In this document: piece by piece, positions 1 to 9,741 of the stretch
Numbering within the stretch: the stretch's first letter is position 1
Layout of the letters: every line of letters starts with the position of its first letter
Assembly: GCA_020428645.1 (NCBI GenBank)
Contig: JAGQMN010000003.1
Coordinates: 1-51,073 of the forward strand
Source of the DNA: Patescibacteria group bacterium
GTDB taxonomy: Bacteria > Patescibacteriota > Minisyncoccia > Phycocordibacterales > UBA1006
DNA: 51,073 bases
Reading direction: 5' to 3'
Made by a program: the position numbers and the translations under genes
Notes under the pieces: generated by a model
What the model was told of the DNA's origin: nothing
Databases searched by the model: none
The model's input: the letters and a program-made list of their open reading frames with translations, nothing else

Positions 1-398
1 CCGCGAAACGCTTTTTCCTGAGCGTCTCTGGTTTCGGGAGTATTTCGGTAGTAGTCGAGTCCACACTCCCCTAATCCAACAACCTTATTCGAAGACTGGG
101 CAAGATTGCGATAGTAATCAACATCAAAATCCTCTCCGCGTGAGGTAAACTCGTCTCCCCCTTCGCCAACTTCATCATGGTCGTGAAAACTGGCAGTGGT
201 ATGAATGGGATGGAGTCCAATAATTGCCCACAAGTGATCATATTGATCGGCCAATTCTACCGCAATACGTGAGGTATCCTGTTGTGTTCCCACGTTAATA
301 ACCCGAACGCCATCATCCTGGGTTCGTTTGATAACCTCATCTCGATCTTGATCGTAGATGACAAAGTTCATATGTGCATGTGTGTCGATGTACTTCAT
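1..398 (-). CDS. tatD: TatD-family hydrolase/DNase (5' part; runs off window edge)
   Basis: Manual translation from ATG at 398: MKYIDTHAHMNF...INVGT...WAIIGLHP...VVGLGECGLDYY, the TatD DxHxH, GxHP and GExGLD motifs. Not in the ORF track because it is truncated. Confidence 0.92.
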   Translation of the reverse strand, partial: MKYIDTHAHMNFVIYDQDRDEVIKRTQDDGVRVINVGTQQDTSRIAVELADQYDHLWAIIGLHPIHTTASFHDHDEVGEGGDEFTSRGEDFDVDYYRNLAQSSNKVVGLGECGLDYYRNTPETRDAQEKAFR

Positions 399-408
399 AG
401 TTCTTATA

Positions 409-1674
409 CTAGAATGATTTACGGTTTTGTAAAATATACTCAACCGGATACCAACGCTCCCGTAACGCTCCTGCGAGGTACAATGAACCAATCACAAGTA
501 CACAATCACTGTTTTGAGCTATTTCTTCGGCATGTTCAAGTGCTTCATGGGCATCAAGGAACACCACAACATCGAGATTTGGATAGTTCGTTTTCAAATG
601 AGCATCCATGTCTTTTAATGAGAAAGAATCCCACATAGGTGAAATAACAGGACACAGTGAAATAGATGTAGCGAGCGGTGCAATCTGGTCAAGCATACCG
701 AGTACGTCTTTCGTTTCTCCTGCTCCAAATACCACATGGAGCTTACCATACGAGAGGTAGTCCAGTTTTTTGAGACTGTAGAGAGTCTTGCTCACGTTAT
801 GAGCGCCATCGAGAATGGTTAATGGTTTTTCAGAAACTGTCTCGAATCGACATGGGAGCTTGGTGTTCGTAATCGCACGTTCAGTGTGGGCACTATCGAT
901 ATTCAGATACTCTCCAATCGCTCGCACTAACGCTATATTTGAATCACCCGAATAGCTGACATGCGTATACGTTGCGCCTTGTTCTTTACATTCATTTTGA
1001 AAAATCTGCAAACATTCTTTATGTTGTTCGGTCGTAAAGAAAGCGCTGTGTGGTTTGATGATTCCCGCTTTTTCATATGCAATCTCTTCAAGGGTATTAC
1101 CAAGAAGATGTGTGTGGTCAAAACCGATATTGGTAATCGCAGTTACAATAGGTTTTGAAATAATATTTGTCGAATCGTACCGACCTCCCATACCAACCTC
1201 AAGCACGACCCATTCGCAGTTCATTTTTTTAAAGTACAACAGTGCAATAGCGAGCATAATGTCGAAGTACGATGGTTTACCGTACTGACCATTCAAATAC
1301 ATGTTGTTAATAAATGGTTTCAACTGACCAACAATTTCAGCAAAGATGTCGGGTTCAATGTAGTAGTCACCAACCTTGATACGTTCGAGTGTTGTTGTCG
1401 TTGCGGGTGATGTTGTTGAGCCAACAATATACCCTGCCTCATGGAGCATAGTATGGAGGAGTGCTGTGGTTGTTCCCTTGCCAGCGGTACCCGTTACGTG
1501 AATGTACTTACAACCCTGCTCAGGGTTTCCGATGCGGTCAAGAAGATCCTGCATTCGCAGCAGGTACTTATCGAGGTCTTCAGGCTTACGCTCACGCATG
1601 TATTCGAGCGGTGAACCCAATTTTCCGAGTGATTCAAGGTATGCACAGGCATCATAATACGATCTATAGTTCAT
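409..1674 (-). CDS. folC: Folylpolyglutamate synthase / dihydrofolate synthase
   Basis: IHVTGTAGKGTT P-loop, LEVGMGGRYDSTN, ITNIGFDH, EKAGIIK, ILDGAHN, VIGSLYLAG motifs. Confidence 0.95.
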   Translation of the reverse strand: MNYRSYYDACAYLESLGKLGSPLEYMRERKPEDLDKYLLRMQDLLDRIGNPEQGCKYIHVTGTAGKGTTTALLHTMLHEAGYIVGSTTSPATTTTLERIKVGDYYIEPDIFAEIVGQLKPFINNMYLNGQYGKPSYFDIMLAIALLYFKKMNCEWVVLEVGMGGRYDSTNIISKPIVTAITNIGFDHTHLLGNTLEEIAYEKAGIIKPHSAFFTTEQHKECLQIFQNECKEQGATYTHVSYSGDSNIALVRAIGEYLNIDSAHTERAITNTKLPCRFETVSEKPLTILDGAHNVSKTLYSLKKLDYLSYGKLHVVFGAGETKDVLGMLDQIAPLATSISLCPVISPMWDSFSLKDMDAHLKTNYPNLDVVVFLDAHEALEHAEEIAQNSDCVLVIGSLYLAGALRERWYPVEYILQNRKSF

Positions 1675-1727
1675 ACTTAAAACTATAGCAAAAACAGGTA
1701 TTTTATGTACAATACGTGGGTATTTTT

Positions 1728-3005
1728 ATGTCACAGACACGCACCCCAAAATATGTTGTGTACGTCGGGAGTATTTCTGAACGAAGTTTAGAAAACTTAG
1801 AAACCTACATCAAACAACAGAATAAAAACTGGCACATAATGATTCTTCAAGAAGAAACAGTAGCAAAGACTCCGTATAGCGTCTCACTTAATTTCAATAG
1901 TGATGATGCTATACACAATTGGGTAGACATTTATGGAAAAGACATACTCTGTGTCACTGCACGAGGTGAGAGAAATATACCACTCTTGCAACGCTTGATT
2001 CCATTTTTGCCTCCACACGTTTTAACACCAAGCGTTGCATCGCTCAAGAAATCAACTGAAAAAACAGAAATGCGTAAGGCGTTTCGTAAATACAATCCAA
2101 AAATAACTCCACGATTTAAAATTATTAAAGACTTAGAGACAATCGATGCTGGAACAATCATGGTAAACATGGATTTCCCTGTTATCGTAAAACCATCTGG
2201 ACTTGCTTCGAGTTTGCTCGTTCAAGCAGCACACTATCCTGAAGAACTAGAATCAATTCTCCGAAAAATTAAGAAAAAAATTACATCAGTCTACAAAAAT
2301 CAAAAAGGTCGTGGAGTACCATCGATTCTGGTTGAAGAAATTATCGAGGGAGATATTTATTCGATTGATGCATATACAGATAATCAAGGGGTCACGTTTT
2401 TTACCCCCTTTGTGAAATATAAAACGAGTGCACAAAAAGGATTTGATGATTTTTTTCTGTACGAGAGAATTATTCCTGCTCGACTCTCCAAAGAGAAACG
2501 TGAATCTGGAAAACAGATTGCACAAGAAGGTATCAAAGCGCTTGGGCTCCGCAACACAACAACCCATATTGAACTCGTATATAGCGAGGATGGATGGAAA
2601 ATTATCGAAATAGGTCCCCGTATCGGTGGTAATAGAGAAATGATGTACGAATTATGTTTTGGGTTAAATCACAATATTAACGATCTCCTTATCCGCATAC
2701 CAAAACGCAAACCTGTTCTTAAAGAAAAACGAGTTGGATACATTTCAACTATTCAATTTTTTCCTCGTGATGAGGGGTACATTAGTAAAGTTGAAGGATT
2801 AAAGAGAGCAAAAAACTTGGCAAGTTTTTATGAACTCAAACAAAAACTCAAAAAAGGTGATAAATCACTGCATGCAAAAAATGGCGGTACATTCGTTGCT
2901 CAAATTACCCTCTTCAATAAACATAAAGCTCAGTTCATCGAAGACAAACGTAAGCTTGAAAAAATGGTACACATTGAAACCAAAAAGAATGGAAATAAAA
3001 AATAA
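1728..3005 (+). CDS. ATP-grasp domain ligase (substrate unknown)
   Basis: FPVIVKPSGLASS, ILVEEIIEG..YSID, HIELV...IIEIGPRIGG ATP-grasp motifs. ATG at 1728 chosen over GTG 1716. Confidence 0.85.
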   Translation: MSQTRTPKYVVYVGSISERSLENLETYIKQQNKNWHIMILQEETVAKTPYSVSLNFNSDDAIHNWVDIYGKDILCVTARGERNIPLLQRLIPFLPPHVLTPSVASLKKSTEKTEMRKAFRKYNPKITPRFKIIKDLETIDAGTIMVNMDFPVIVKPSGLASSLLVQAAHYPEELESILRKIKKKITSVYKNQKGRGVPSILVEEIIEGDIYSIDAYTDNQGVTFFTPFVKYKTSAQKGFDDFFLYERIIPARLSKEKRESGKQIAQEGIKALGLRNTTTHIELVYSEDGWKIIEIGPRIGGNREMMYELCFGLNHNINDLLIRIPKRKPVLKEKRVGYISTIQFFPRDEGYISKVEGLKRAKNLASFYELKQKLKKGDKSLHAKNGGTFVAQITLFNKHKAQFIEDKRKLEKMVHIETKKNGNKK

Positions 3006-3024
3006 CCCTGGTATGGGTTATTTT

Positions 3025-3357
3025 TTATCCCAACTTTAGACCATCTTCCAGATCTTTATCAGGAACCGCAAGGACAACTCCATCATCTCGATAGAATCCA
3101 GTAATCAAAAACTCTGACATAAACGATCCAATCTTCTTTGGTAGAAAATTAATCACACCAATAATTTGCTTACCGATGAGCTCTTCCTTGTCATATAAAT
3201 TAGTAATTTGTGCGCTTGATCTTTTGTGACCGAAATCACCAAAATCTACGGTAACAATATAGGCAGGTGTTCGGGCCTCTGGAAAATCTTGAACATCAAC
3301 AATCGTTCCTGTTCGTAGTTCAATTTTTTCAAAATCATTCCATTTAATAGTATTCAT
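3025..3357 (-). CDS. csaA: tRNA-binding protein / chaperone CsaA (Trbp111-like)
   Basis: WNDFEKIELRTGTI...PEARTPAY...DFG...KRSSAQIT..Y..EELIGKQI..VINF.PKKIG.FMSEFL.TG. Confidence 0.9.
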   Translation of the reverse strand: MNTIKWNDFEKIELRTGTIVDVQDFPEARTPAYIVTVDFGDFGHKRSSAQITNLYDKEELIGKQIIGVINFLPKKIGSFMSEFLITGFYRDDGVVLAVPDKDLEDGLKLG

Positions 3358-3413
3358 AGTAATGTAATTATAAATTAAAAAGAGAGATTCATCGACCTCT
3401 CTTATCATATACA

Positions 3414-4190
3414 CTAAAGTAACTTAGCTTTACTTATTCCTTTTTCAATAGCGTTAACTAGCGATGAGGTAAATCCACGACTATCCATTTCAAGCAAGGT
3501 AGTAATAGTACAACCGTTTGGTGTAGTAACAGCATCTATGAGTACTTCAGGATGTTGTTGTTTCTCTCTGACGAGATTACCTGCCCCAATAAGCACTTCT
3601 CGAGCAAGCTCTAATGATGTGTGTTCATTAAAACCTGCTTGAATTCCTGCTTGCATATATGCACGAATAAATTTAAGAGCAATTGCGACTCCAGATCCCG
3701 AAAGCACCGTAAATTGTGGGAATTGTAGTTCATCAATACATACTACCGAACCAATGCTTTTAAAAAGTTCCTGTACATATTTTTGTTTGGTACCTGTGCT
3801 AATTGCGGTCATGGACTGACCAATAGCTGATGCTGTATTTGGCATAGCCCGATAGATATGGGGATTGGGTAATCTTAAAAATTTCTTGATAGAATTAATA
3901 GTTATCCCCGCAACAACAGAAATAATAATGTGCTCTTCCCATATATGACCATCCATATCAGCAATAGTTTCTTCTAAATCTTTAGGTTGCACTGCAAAAA
4001 TAATAACGTGTGCGTCACTCGTAGCATCTTCATTAATTTCTGTAAATGTACACTCAGGAAACTGTTGTTGTTTCTCAATTACCTGCTGTTCATCTTTACA
4101 CTTAAGTGTCACAACGTAGCCATTTTTTTGCATACCAGTTGCAAGTGCGATTCCTAAATTACCAGGACCAATAATTGTTACATGTTTCAT
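3414..4190 (-). CDS. proC: Pyrroline-5-carboxylate reductase
   Basis: IIGPGNLG Rossmann motif, AVQP, RAMPNTA, SGSG, VTTPNGCTI. Visibly AT-richer than its neighbours. Confidence 0.93.
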   Translation of the reverse strand: MKHVTIIGPGNLGIALATGMQKNGYVVTLKCKDEQQVIEKQQQFPECTFTEINEDATSDAHVIIFAVQPKDLEETIADMDGHIWEEHIIISVVAGITINSIKKFLRLPNPHIYRAMPNTASAIGQSMTAISTGTKQKYVQELFKSIGSVVCIDELQFPQFTVLSGSGVAIALKFIRAYMQAGIQAGFNEHTSLELAREVLIGAGNLVREKQQHPEVLIDAVTTPNGCTITTLLEMDSRGFTSSLVNAIEKGISKAKLL

Positions 4191-4218
4191 AAAAAAATAT
4201 TTATTAAGTTAAAAGAAC

Positions 4219-4244
4219 AAAAAGCGACCTCTGAGGTCGCTTTT
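4219..4244 (-). terminator. Intrinsic terminator in the proC 5' leader (attenuator terminator)
   Basis: Minus strand AAAAGCGACCTC-A-GAGGTCGCTTTTT, ending about 29 nt before the proC ATG. Confidence 0.8.
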
Positions 4245-4283
4245 CAATGTTTTATATAGAGAGTGAATTTAAAATATACAACA

Positions 4284-4349
4284 CTAACAAGCGAGCTCAA
4301 ATATGTGAGTCGCTGGTACCGGGCTAAATTGTGTTGAATATATATTCAT
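4284..4349 (-). CDS. Putative proC leader peptide, 21 aa (MNIYSTQFSPVPATHIFELAC)
   Basis: ATG at 4349, TAG at 4286-4284. Lies 7 nt downstream of a TTGACA-16-TAGTAT promoter and overlaps alternative RNA stems. Confidence 0.6.
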   Translation of the reverse strand: MNIYSTQFSPVPATHIFELAC

Positions 4350-4356
4350 ATAAGTA

Positions 4357-4384
4357 ATACTATCCCTGTATATGTTTCTGTCAA
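4357..4384 (-). promoter_or_regulatory. sigma70 promoter for the proC leader
   Basis: TTGACA (4384-4379), 16-nt spacer, TAGTAT (4362-4357). Confidence 0.6.
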
Positions 4385-4534
4385 ATCAAAAAATAATCAT
4401 ATTGGGTTATTTTTTTTCATACATCTAAAGAATTGAAGAATAGGATAAAGACCGAGGAGAGAAGAAAAAAGAACGCTCACCGTATAACGAGATACGCCTC
4501 GCGTTCTTTTTTCGTAGACGACAAAGGTATTCGC

Positions 4535-5980
4535 CTATTTTTCAATTCGTGCAAAGAGTGGTTCGTCTGGAAGCTTCACCTCCGTCAAACAGGTCTGAAT
4601 CGTCTGTGCGGTTTCAGGCATGAACGGATAAAGGCTAATTGCGAGACGCGAGAGTTCACGTGCGAGGTAGTGTAAATCTTTATGCGCAGCAGCTTCGTCT
4701 TCTTTGATTTTTTTGAATGGTTGGTGTTCAGCAATGAATTGATCCATGTCACCAACAAGTCGCCACATTTCATTCATGACGGTGTTAAAATCAAACGCTT
4801 CCATGTGTTCATGATGGAACGAGAGTGGATCTTCATCAAAGTTAATGTCTGAAATATCAACACCATAGCTCGTGATCATTTTCATGATTCGCTGAACGAG
4901 GTTACCAAGACCATTAGCGAGGTTCGCATTGTAGGCTTCGTGGAATTTTTCCATCGTCATGTCTGAATCTTCGAATGAATTCATATGACGAAGAAGGTAG
5001 TAACGCAATGCCTCAGCACCATATTCATTCACAATGTCGTAGGGACTAATAACGTTCCCGAGTGATTTTGACATCTTTTGTCCACCCGAATTAATGAATC
5101 CATTGATCACCACCTGTTTAGTGTTCGGTAACCCGGCTGCATACAACATTGCCTGCCACATCGCTGCCTGCTGACGAAGGTTATCTTTACCTGCATACTG
5201 AATCGGTTCTCCTTCTGTCCAATAGGTTTCAAAGGTATCCAAATCGTTCGGCCAACCAAGTGTTGAAATATAATTTACCAATGCGTCAAACCACACGTAC
5301 ATAACGTGTTCATCATCTCCAGGTACAGGAATTCCCCATGGCATCTTGCTCTTCAACCGAGAAATTGAAAAATCGTTCAATCCCCCATCAACAAAGTTCT
5401 TGATCTCGTTAAATCGAAAATCAGGAACAACAAAGGTAGGATGCTGTGCATAGAACTCTTTTAAAAATTGTTCGCACGATGAGAACTTGAAAAAGTAGTT
5501 CTCTTCATCAATGAGTTCGAGTTCACGATCTGGGTGTACGGGGCATCGACCATGATCAAGTTCAGAATCAGTTTTTTCAAGTTCACAACCAACGCAGTAT
5601 TTGGTCTGGTAGGCTTTCTTGTAAATGTACCCGTTTTCATCACACCGTTTCCAAAATTCTTGGGCTGCTGCAATATGGTGTGCATCAGTCGTACGAACGA
5701 AGTGCATACCTGACGAGAGGTGGAGAAGATCAATAAGTCCTTTAAATTTGTCGGCAAATGGATCAACGTAGGTTTGTGGGTCAAGACCTGCCTCTTGGGC
5801 TTTTTCCCAAATTTTGTTTCCATGTTCATCAGTTCCTGTATTAAAGAACACATCGTACCCACGAAGCTGTGCATACCGTGCGTATACGTCAGCACGGATG
5901 ATTTCCATGGCAAAACCAACGTGAGGATCAGCGTTCACATATGGCAATGTTGTTGTAATGTACTGTTTTGGTTTCTTCAT
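4535..5980 (-). CDS. metG: Methionine--tRNA ligase (short form)
   Basis: YITTTLPYVNADPHVGF, FNTGTDEHG, YVWFDALVNY, KMSKSLGN. Confidence 0.97.
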   Translation of the reverse strand: MKKPKQYITTTLPYVNADPHVGFAMEIIRADVYARYAQLRGYDVFFNTGTDEHGNKIWEKAQEAGLDPQTYVDPFADKFKGLIDLLHLSSGMHFVRTTDAHHIAAAQEFWKRCDENGYIYKKAYQTKYCVGCELEKTDSELDHGRCPVHPDRELELIDEENYFFKFSSCEQFLKEFYAQHPTFVVPDFRFNEIKNFVDGGLNDFSISRLKSKMPWGIPVPGDDEHVMYVWFDALVNYISTLGWPNDLDTFETYWTEGEPIQYAGKDNLRQQAAMWQAMLYAAGLPNTKQVVINGFINSGGQKMSKSLGNVISPYDIVNEYGAEALRYYLLRHMNSFEDSDMTMEKFHEAYNANLANGLGNLVQRIMKMITSYGVDISDINFDEDPLSFHHEHMEAFDFNTVMNEMWRLVGDMDQFIAEHQPFKKIKEDEAAAHKDLHYLARELSRLAISLYPFMPETAQTIQTCLTEVKLPDEPLFARIEK

Positions 5981-5981
5981 A

Positions 5982-7034
5982 CTACTTTTTAATAATGACA
6001 GTTACTTCATCGTGCTCAATAATCGGTGCACGCTGTGCGGATTTTTGTTTTTCGGATTCTGCAATCAATTCCATAACAAAGAGCGCAATTGGCATCGCGA
6101 GGAGGAGTCCGTAAATACCAAAAAGTTTCGCTCCAATGATAATTGAAATAATAACTACGAGCGATGGAACACCGGTGAGTTTTTTAACAATTAGTGGTTG
6201 TAATCCAAGGTCAAGCACCTGCTGAAGAGCAAAGTAAAAGATCACCACACCAAGACTCATCCAAATACCTCCGTGACTAAACCCAAAAATTGCTGCAGGA
6301 ATGAGTGCAAGGAGAATTCCATACGGGATCAAACCGAGTACTCCCGCCAAGAGTGCCAAAAGGAGTGCGAACGGAATACCCGCAAGTGCAAGTCCTGCAT
6401 AGGTTAAAATAGCGAGAATAAGCGCAATGATAAGTTGACCTCGAAACCATGAACCAACTTTACGCTGCACGCGGTGCCAAATCGAAATAACAGCTTCCTC
6501 GTACTTCATCGGGGTGCAAATGCGTAATACGTGATCAATACCATTGTAATTGATGCTGAGGTAAAACGACACCACAAAGATAATGAGGAGGTTAAAGATA
6601 CCACCAAAAAATTCGAGTGCACCATCGGCAAATCGACTCCTAAACTCTTGATCTTTAAATTGTTCAAGAACACTGGTGATTTCAGTATCAACACTGACGT
6701 GGGTCAGAAATGTATTATTTTGAATAAACGTTTGAATTTCCGGATACACTTGTGCGAGGGAAATAATTTCACGTGCCAAAATAGGCAAGATAAAAATAAA
6801 TACTGCCCCAAATACAATAATGGCAAAAATGTAGAATAAAATAACCGACGCCACTCGAGGAATACGGTAGCGTTTCAATGTAAGGACGAAATCTTCAATG
6901 AATGTAGAGAGAATCAGTGCCACACCAAGAACTAAAAGAAAATCTCCAATAGTCCACAGTGCGTAAATGAGGGCTCCAATGAGCGCTACCTCAAAGAGGT
7001 TATGTTTATCAAAGTGTATACGAACATCATTCAT
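5982..7034 (-). CDS. AI-2E family transporter (PerM/YhhT-like)
   Basis: Multi-TM; GSWFRGQL, LGLIPYG, LQPLIVKKLTGVPSLVVIISIIIGAKLFGIYGLLLAMP. Start at 7034 chosen from -10 box spacing. Confidence 0.88.
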   Translation of the reverse strand: MNDVRIHFDKHNLFEVALIGALIYALWTIGDFLLVLGVALILSTFIEDFVLTLKRYRIPRVASVILFYIFAIIVFGAVFIFILPILAREIISLAQVYPEIQTFIQNNTFLTHVSVDTEITSVLEQFKDQEFRSRFADGALEFFGGIFNLLIIFVVSFYLSINYNGIDHVLRICTPMKYEEAVISIWHRVQRKVGSWFRGQLIIALILAILTYAGLALAGIPFALLLALLAGVLGLIPYGILLALIPAAIFGFSHGGIWMSLGVVIFYFALQQVLDLGLQPLIVKKLTGVPSLVVIISIIIGAKLFGIYGLLLAMPIALFVMELIAESEKQKSAQRAPIIEHDEVTVIIKK

Positions 7035-7090
7035 ACACCTATCGTACCATAGCACGCGTGGTATTACGACAGGCGTGGTACAATCAATGC

Positions 7091-8464
7091 ATGGCATTTA
7101 TTGAACTCTTAACGATGCTCATGAGCATTATTTTTGCATCAAAGGTAATAGCAAAAGTTACTGGAACGGTTGATATTCTGTGGTACATTCTCCTTGGACT
7201 CGTGGGGACACAATACATATTTCACATCGACCCTCATCTCCTTGAAAACTGGGCACTCCTTGGCGTTATTTTCATCATGTTCTACGCTGGATGGCGTGAA
7301 GACCTCCTCACCTTTATCGCCGACATTTGGAAGAATAAATGGATAGCGTTGACAGGAGCAGCCGGACCATTTATCGGGGGTTGGCTCGCGTACACACTCC
7401 TGAATTTCTCCGTTCAAGAATCAATTGTTGCAGGGTTCATTTTCACTTCGACTGCAATCCCTTATACCATTGGAGTACTCCGTAGTCTTGGACTCGACAA
7501 AACACCTGCTGCTAAAGCTGCAACTGCCTCGGCAGTAGCCGATAATTTTATCTCGGTACTCCTCGCGGTAGGAATCCTCCCAGCCTATGCACTCATCGTT
7601 GTTGGTGCTGGTGGGGACGCAAGTTTTGGTGATATATGGGTACAGCTCCTTGAACAGATTGGGCTCATTATTGCTGCGTTTGCTATTTTTGGAGCACTCG
7701 GTCTGCTGATTCTACCTGATGCACGAATGCACATGCGCATGAATATTCCGCATGCTCTCCAACGTGATGGTGCAGTTGCACGAGTTACATACTTCATCTA
7801 TCGCATTCGACAAGCACCAGGGTTGTACGTAATCTCAAAGGCACTCTCGAACATGCGGATTGGTATTCCGATGACGCTCCTTCTGATCTTTGGGCTCGCC
7901 TGGCTCGCACATGAACTTGGACTCCACCCTGCGATTACCGCTTACCTTGTTGGGCTTATGCTCCACGTCGAGATGTACCACGAGGACGAAATTAACGATA
8001 TCACCCATGAAGAGACACCTATTAGTCACAAAAATCTCGGTGTATTCTTCTACTTTCTCCAAGAATGGATCGGACCAATATTCTTCATCCACCTAGGATC
8101 ACAGTTGATTGCTGACTGGTCAAAGGCCGGTACGGTTATTATCTATGCAATTCTTGCAGGAATTATTATTGCGTTTTTCCAATTTTGGTCAGCGTATTTT
8201 GCAGGACGGAAAACCTCTGGATTACCAGAACACGAAGCAACCCTGCTTGGGCTTGGTATGCTTCCCTACGATATTATTGCATTCGTCGTGCTCGGTATTG
8301 CGACGCAAACGGGTCTCATACCACCGGATAGTTTTTTTACGATTACCGTGATTGTTACCATACTCGTCATTAATATTATCACTTCAGTCATGATTTACTG
8401 GTATCGACCACAGTACCTGAGGCAAGTAGCCTACGCTACAGAACATAAAAAAACGAACGCTTAG
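7091..8464 (+). CDS. Cation:proton antiporter (CPA2/KefB-like membrane domain)
   Basis: About 12 TM helices; LGVIFIMFYAGW, TSTAI, ASAVADN, FFIHLG, GLGMLP. Confidence 0.8.
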   Translation: MAFIELLTMLMSIIFASKVIAKVTGTVDILWYILLGLVGTQYIFHIDPHLLENWALLGVIFIMFYAGWREDLLTFIADIWKNKWIALTGAAGPFIGGWLAYTLLNFSVQESIVAGFIFTSTAIPYTIGVLRSLGLDKTPAAKAATASAVADNFISVLLAVGILPAYALIVVGAGGDASFGDIWVQLLEQIGLIIAAFAIFGALGLLILPDARMHMRMNIPHALQRDGAVARVTYFIYRIRQAPGLYVISKALSNMRIGIPMTLLLIFGLAWLAHELGLHPAITAYLVGLMLHVEMYHEDEINDITHEETPISHKNLGVFFYFLQEWIGPIFFIHLGSQLIADWSKAGTVIIYAILAGIIIAFFQFWSAYFAGRKTSGLPEHEATLLGLGMLPYDIIAFVVLGIATQTGLIPPDSFFTITVIVTILVINIITSVMIYWYRPQYLRQVAYATEHKKTNA

Positions 8465-8476
8465 GTTCGTTTTTTC
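8448..8476. terminator. Bidirectional terminator between the convergent antiporter and M16 peptidase
   Basis: AAAAAAACGAAC-GCTTAG-GTTCGTTTTTT. Confidence 0.75.
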
Positions 8477-9741
8477 AATGTCGTAATAAATCTAGTTTGT
8501 GTATTTTTAGTGTGAGGACCAATCATAGCAATATTCAGGTGTTCCAATACCAGGTATTTCCTAGCTATACGGCGAAGTGCCTCTGGAGTAACGTTGTTAA
8601 TATCTCGTGCAAGTTCAGGTGGTGTACTCAGAGGGAGTCCAAAGAGTGCACGCTGTCCATAGTAGTAAGCAATATCATCAGTAACCTCAAGCCCCATCTG
8701 TATGTTCCCTATCATGAATTCTTTAGTTTTCTCAAGTTCTTGGAATACTACGGGCGTGTTCGTGATTGTTTGTACTTCATCCTGAATAGCAGAGAGCACC
8801 TCAGCTACGCGAGTGCTATCGACACCACACGAAATAGTAAATGTACCTGTGTCAGTTTGCGGATTATGATGAGCATTAACGTAGTATCCAACACCCATGT
8901 CTTCGCGTAAGCGCTCAAATAACCGTGATGACATACCACCACCAAGCAGTGACGCAAGTACCTTAAGAGTAATTGTATCCCTGTGGTGTACCCCAGGGGT
9001 ATGGTATCCAAACACGATGTGAGTTTGATCAGTTTTTTTGTGAACAACCTGTATACGTGGAGCTGATTGGATGACCTGTGCTTGATCCTTGGTATGTTTC
9101 TGTGATGAAGAAATTGTTCTAAATCGCTTTTCTACCTCGCGCACCACATCAGCATGGACAACATTTCCTGCGACTACAAGCGTTGTTGCTGAGGCTACGT
9201 AGTGATCACGATGGTAATCGAGAAAATCAGTACGCTTCATACGATTAATGTTGGTTCGTGGACCGAGAATCGTCCACCCAGCTGACTGTGTATCACCGTA
9301 TACAAGCTCGTTAAATACCTCTTGTACCTGCCGCATCGGCATATCTTCGTACATACTGATCTCCCCAATAATCACCCCTTTTTCTTTGTTCATTTCTTCT
9401 TCAGGAAATGTTGAATTGAGGTAGATATCAGAAACAACATTCAGTGTCTTTTTCCAATGTTTTTTTGTGGACTTCACGTAGTACCCCGTGAGCTCGTATG
9501 AGGTAAATGCATTGGTTTCAGCACCAAGACCGTCGAGGTATCGCATAATGTCTTTTCCTGATTGACTCGTCGTTCCCTTAAAACACATGTGTTCCAAAAA
9601 GTGCGAAATACCATTGTTCTTTTTTGATTCAAAACGTGATCCCGTGTTCACGAGTGACATAACCGTCACTGATGGACTCTCAACGAACACGGATACAACC
9701 TGCATGCCATTTGGCAGTACACTAATTTTTGGTTTCTTCAT
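8461..9741 (-). CDS. M16 (pitrilysin/insulinase) family zinc peptidase
   Basis: GSRFE...GISHFLEHMCFKGT (inverted HXXEH), NAFTS, GGGMSSRLF..LRE. Confidence 0.93.
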   Translation of the reverse strand: MKKPKISVLPNGMQVVSVFVESPSVTVMSLVNTGSRFESKKNNGISHFLEHMCFKGTTSQSGKDIMRYLDGLGAETNAFTSYELTGYYVKSTKKHWKKTLNVVSDIYLNSTFPEEEMNKEKGVIIGEISMYEDMPMRQVQEVFNELVYGDTQSAGWTILGPRTNINRMKRTDFLDYHRDHYVASATTLVVAGNVVHADVVREVEKRFRTISSSQKHTKDQAQVIQSAPRIQVVHKKTDQTHIVFGYHTPGVHHRDTITLKVLASLLGGGMSSRLFERLREDMGVGYYVNAHHNPQTDTGTFTISCGVDSTRVAEVLSAIQDEVQTITNTPVVFQELEKTKEFMIGNIQMGLEVTDDIAYYYGQRALFGLPLSTPPELARDINNVTPEALRRIARKYLVLEHLNIAMIGPHTKNTQTRFITTLKKRT

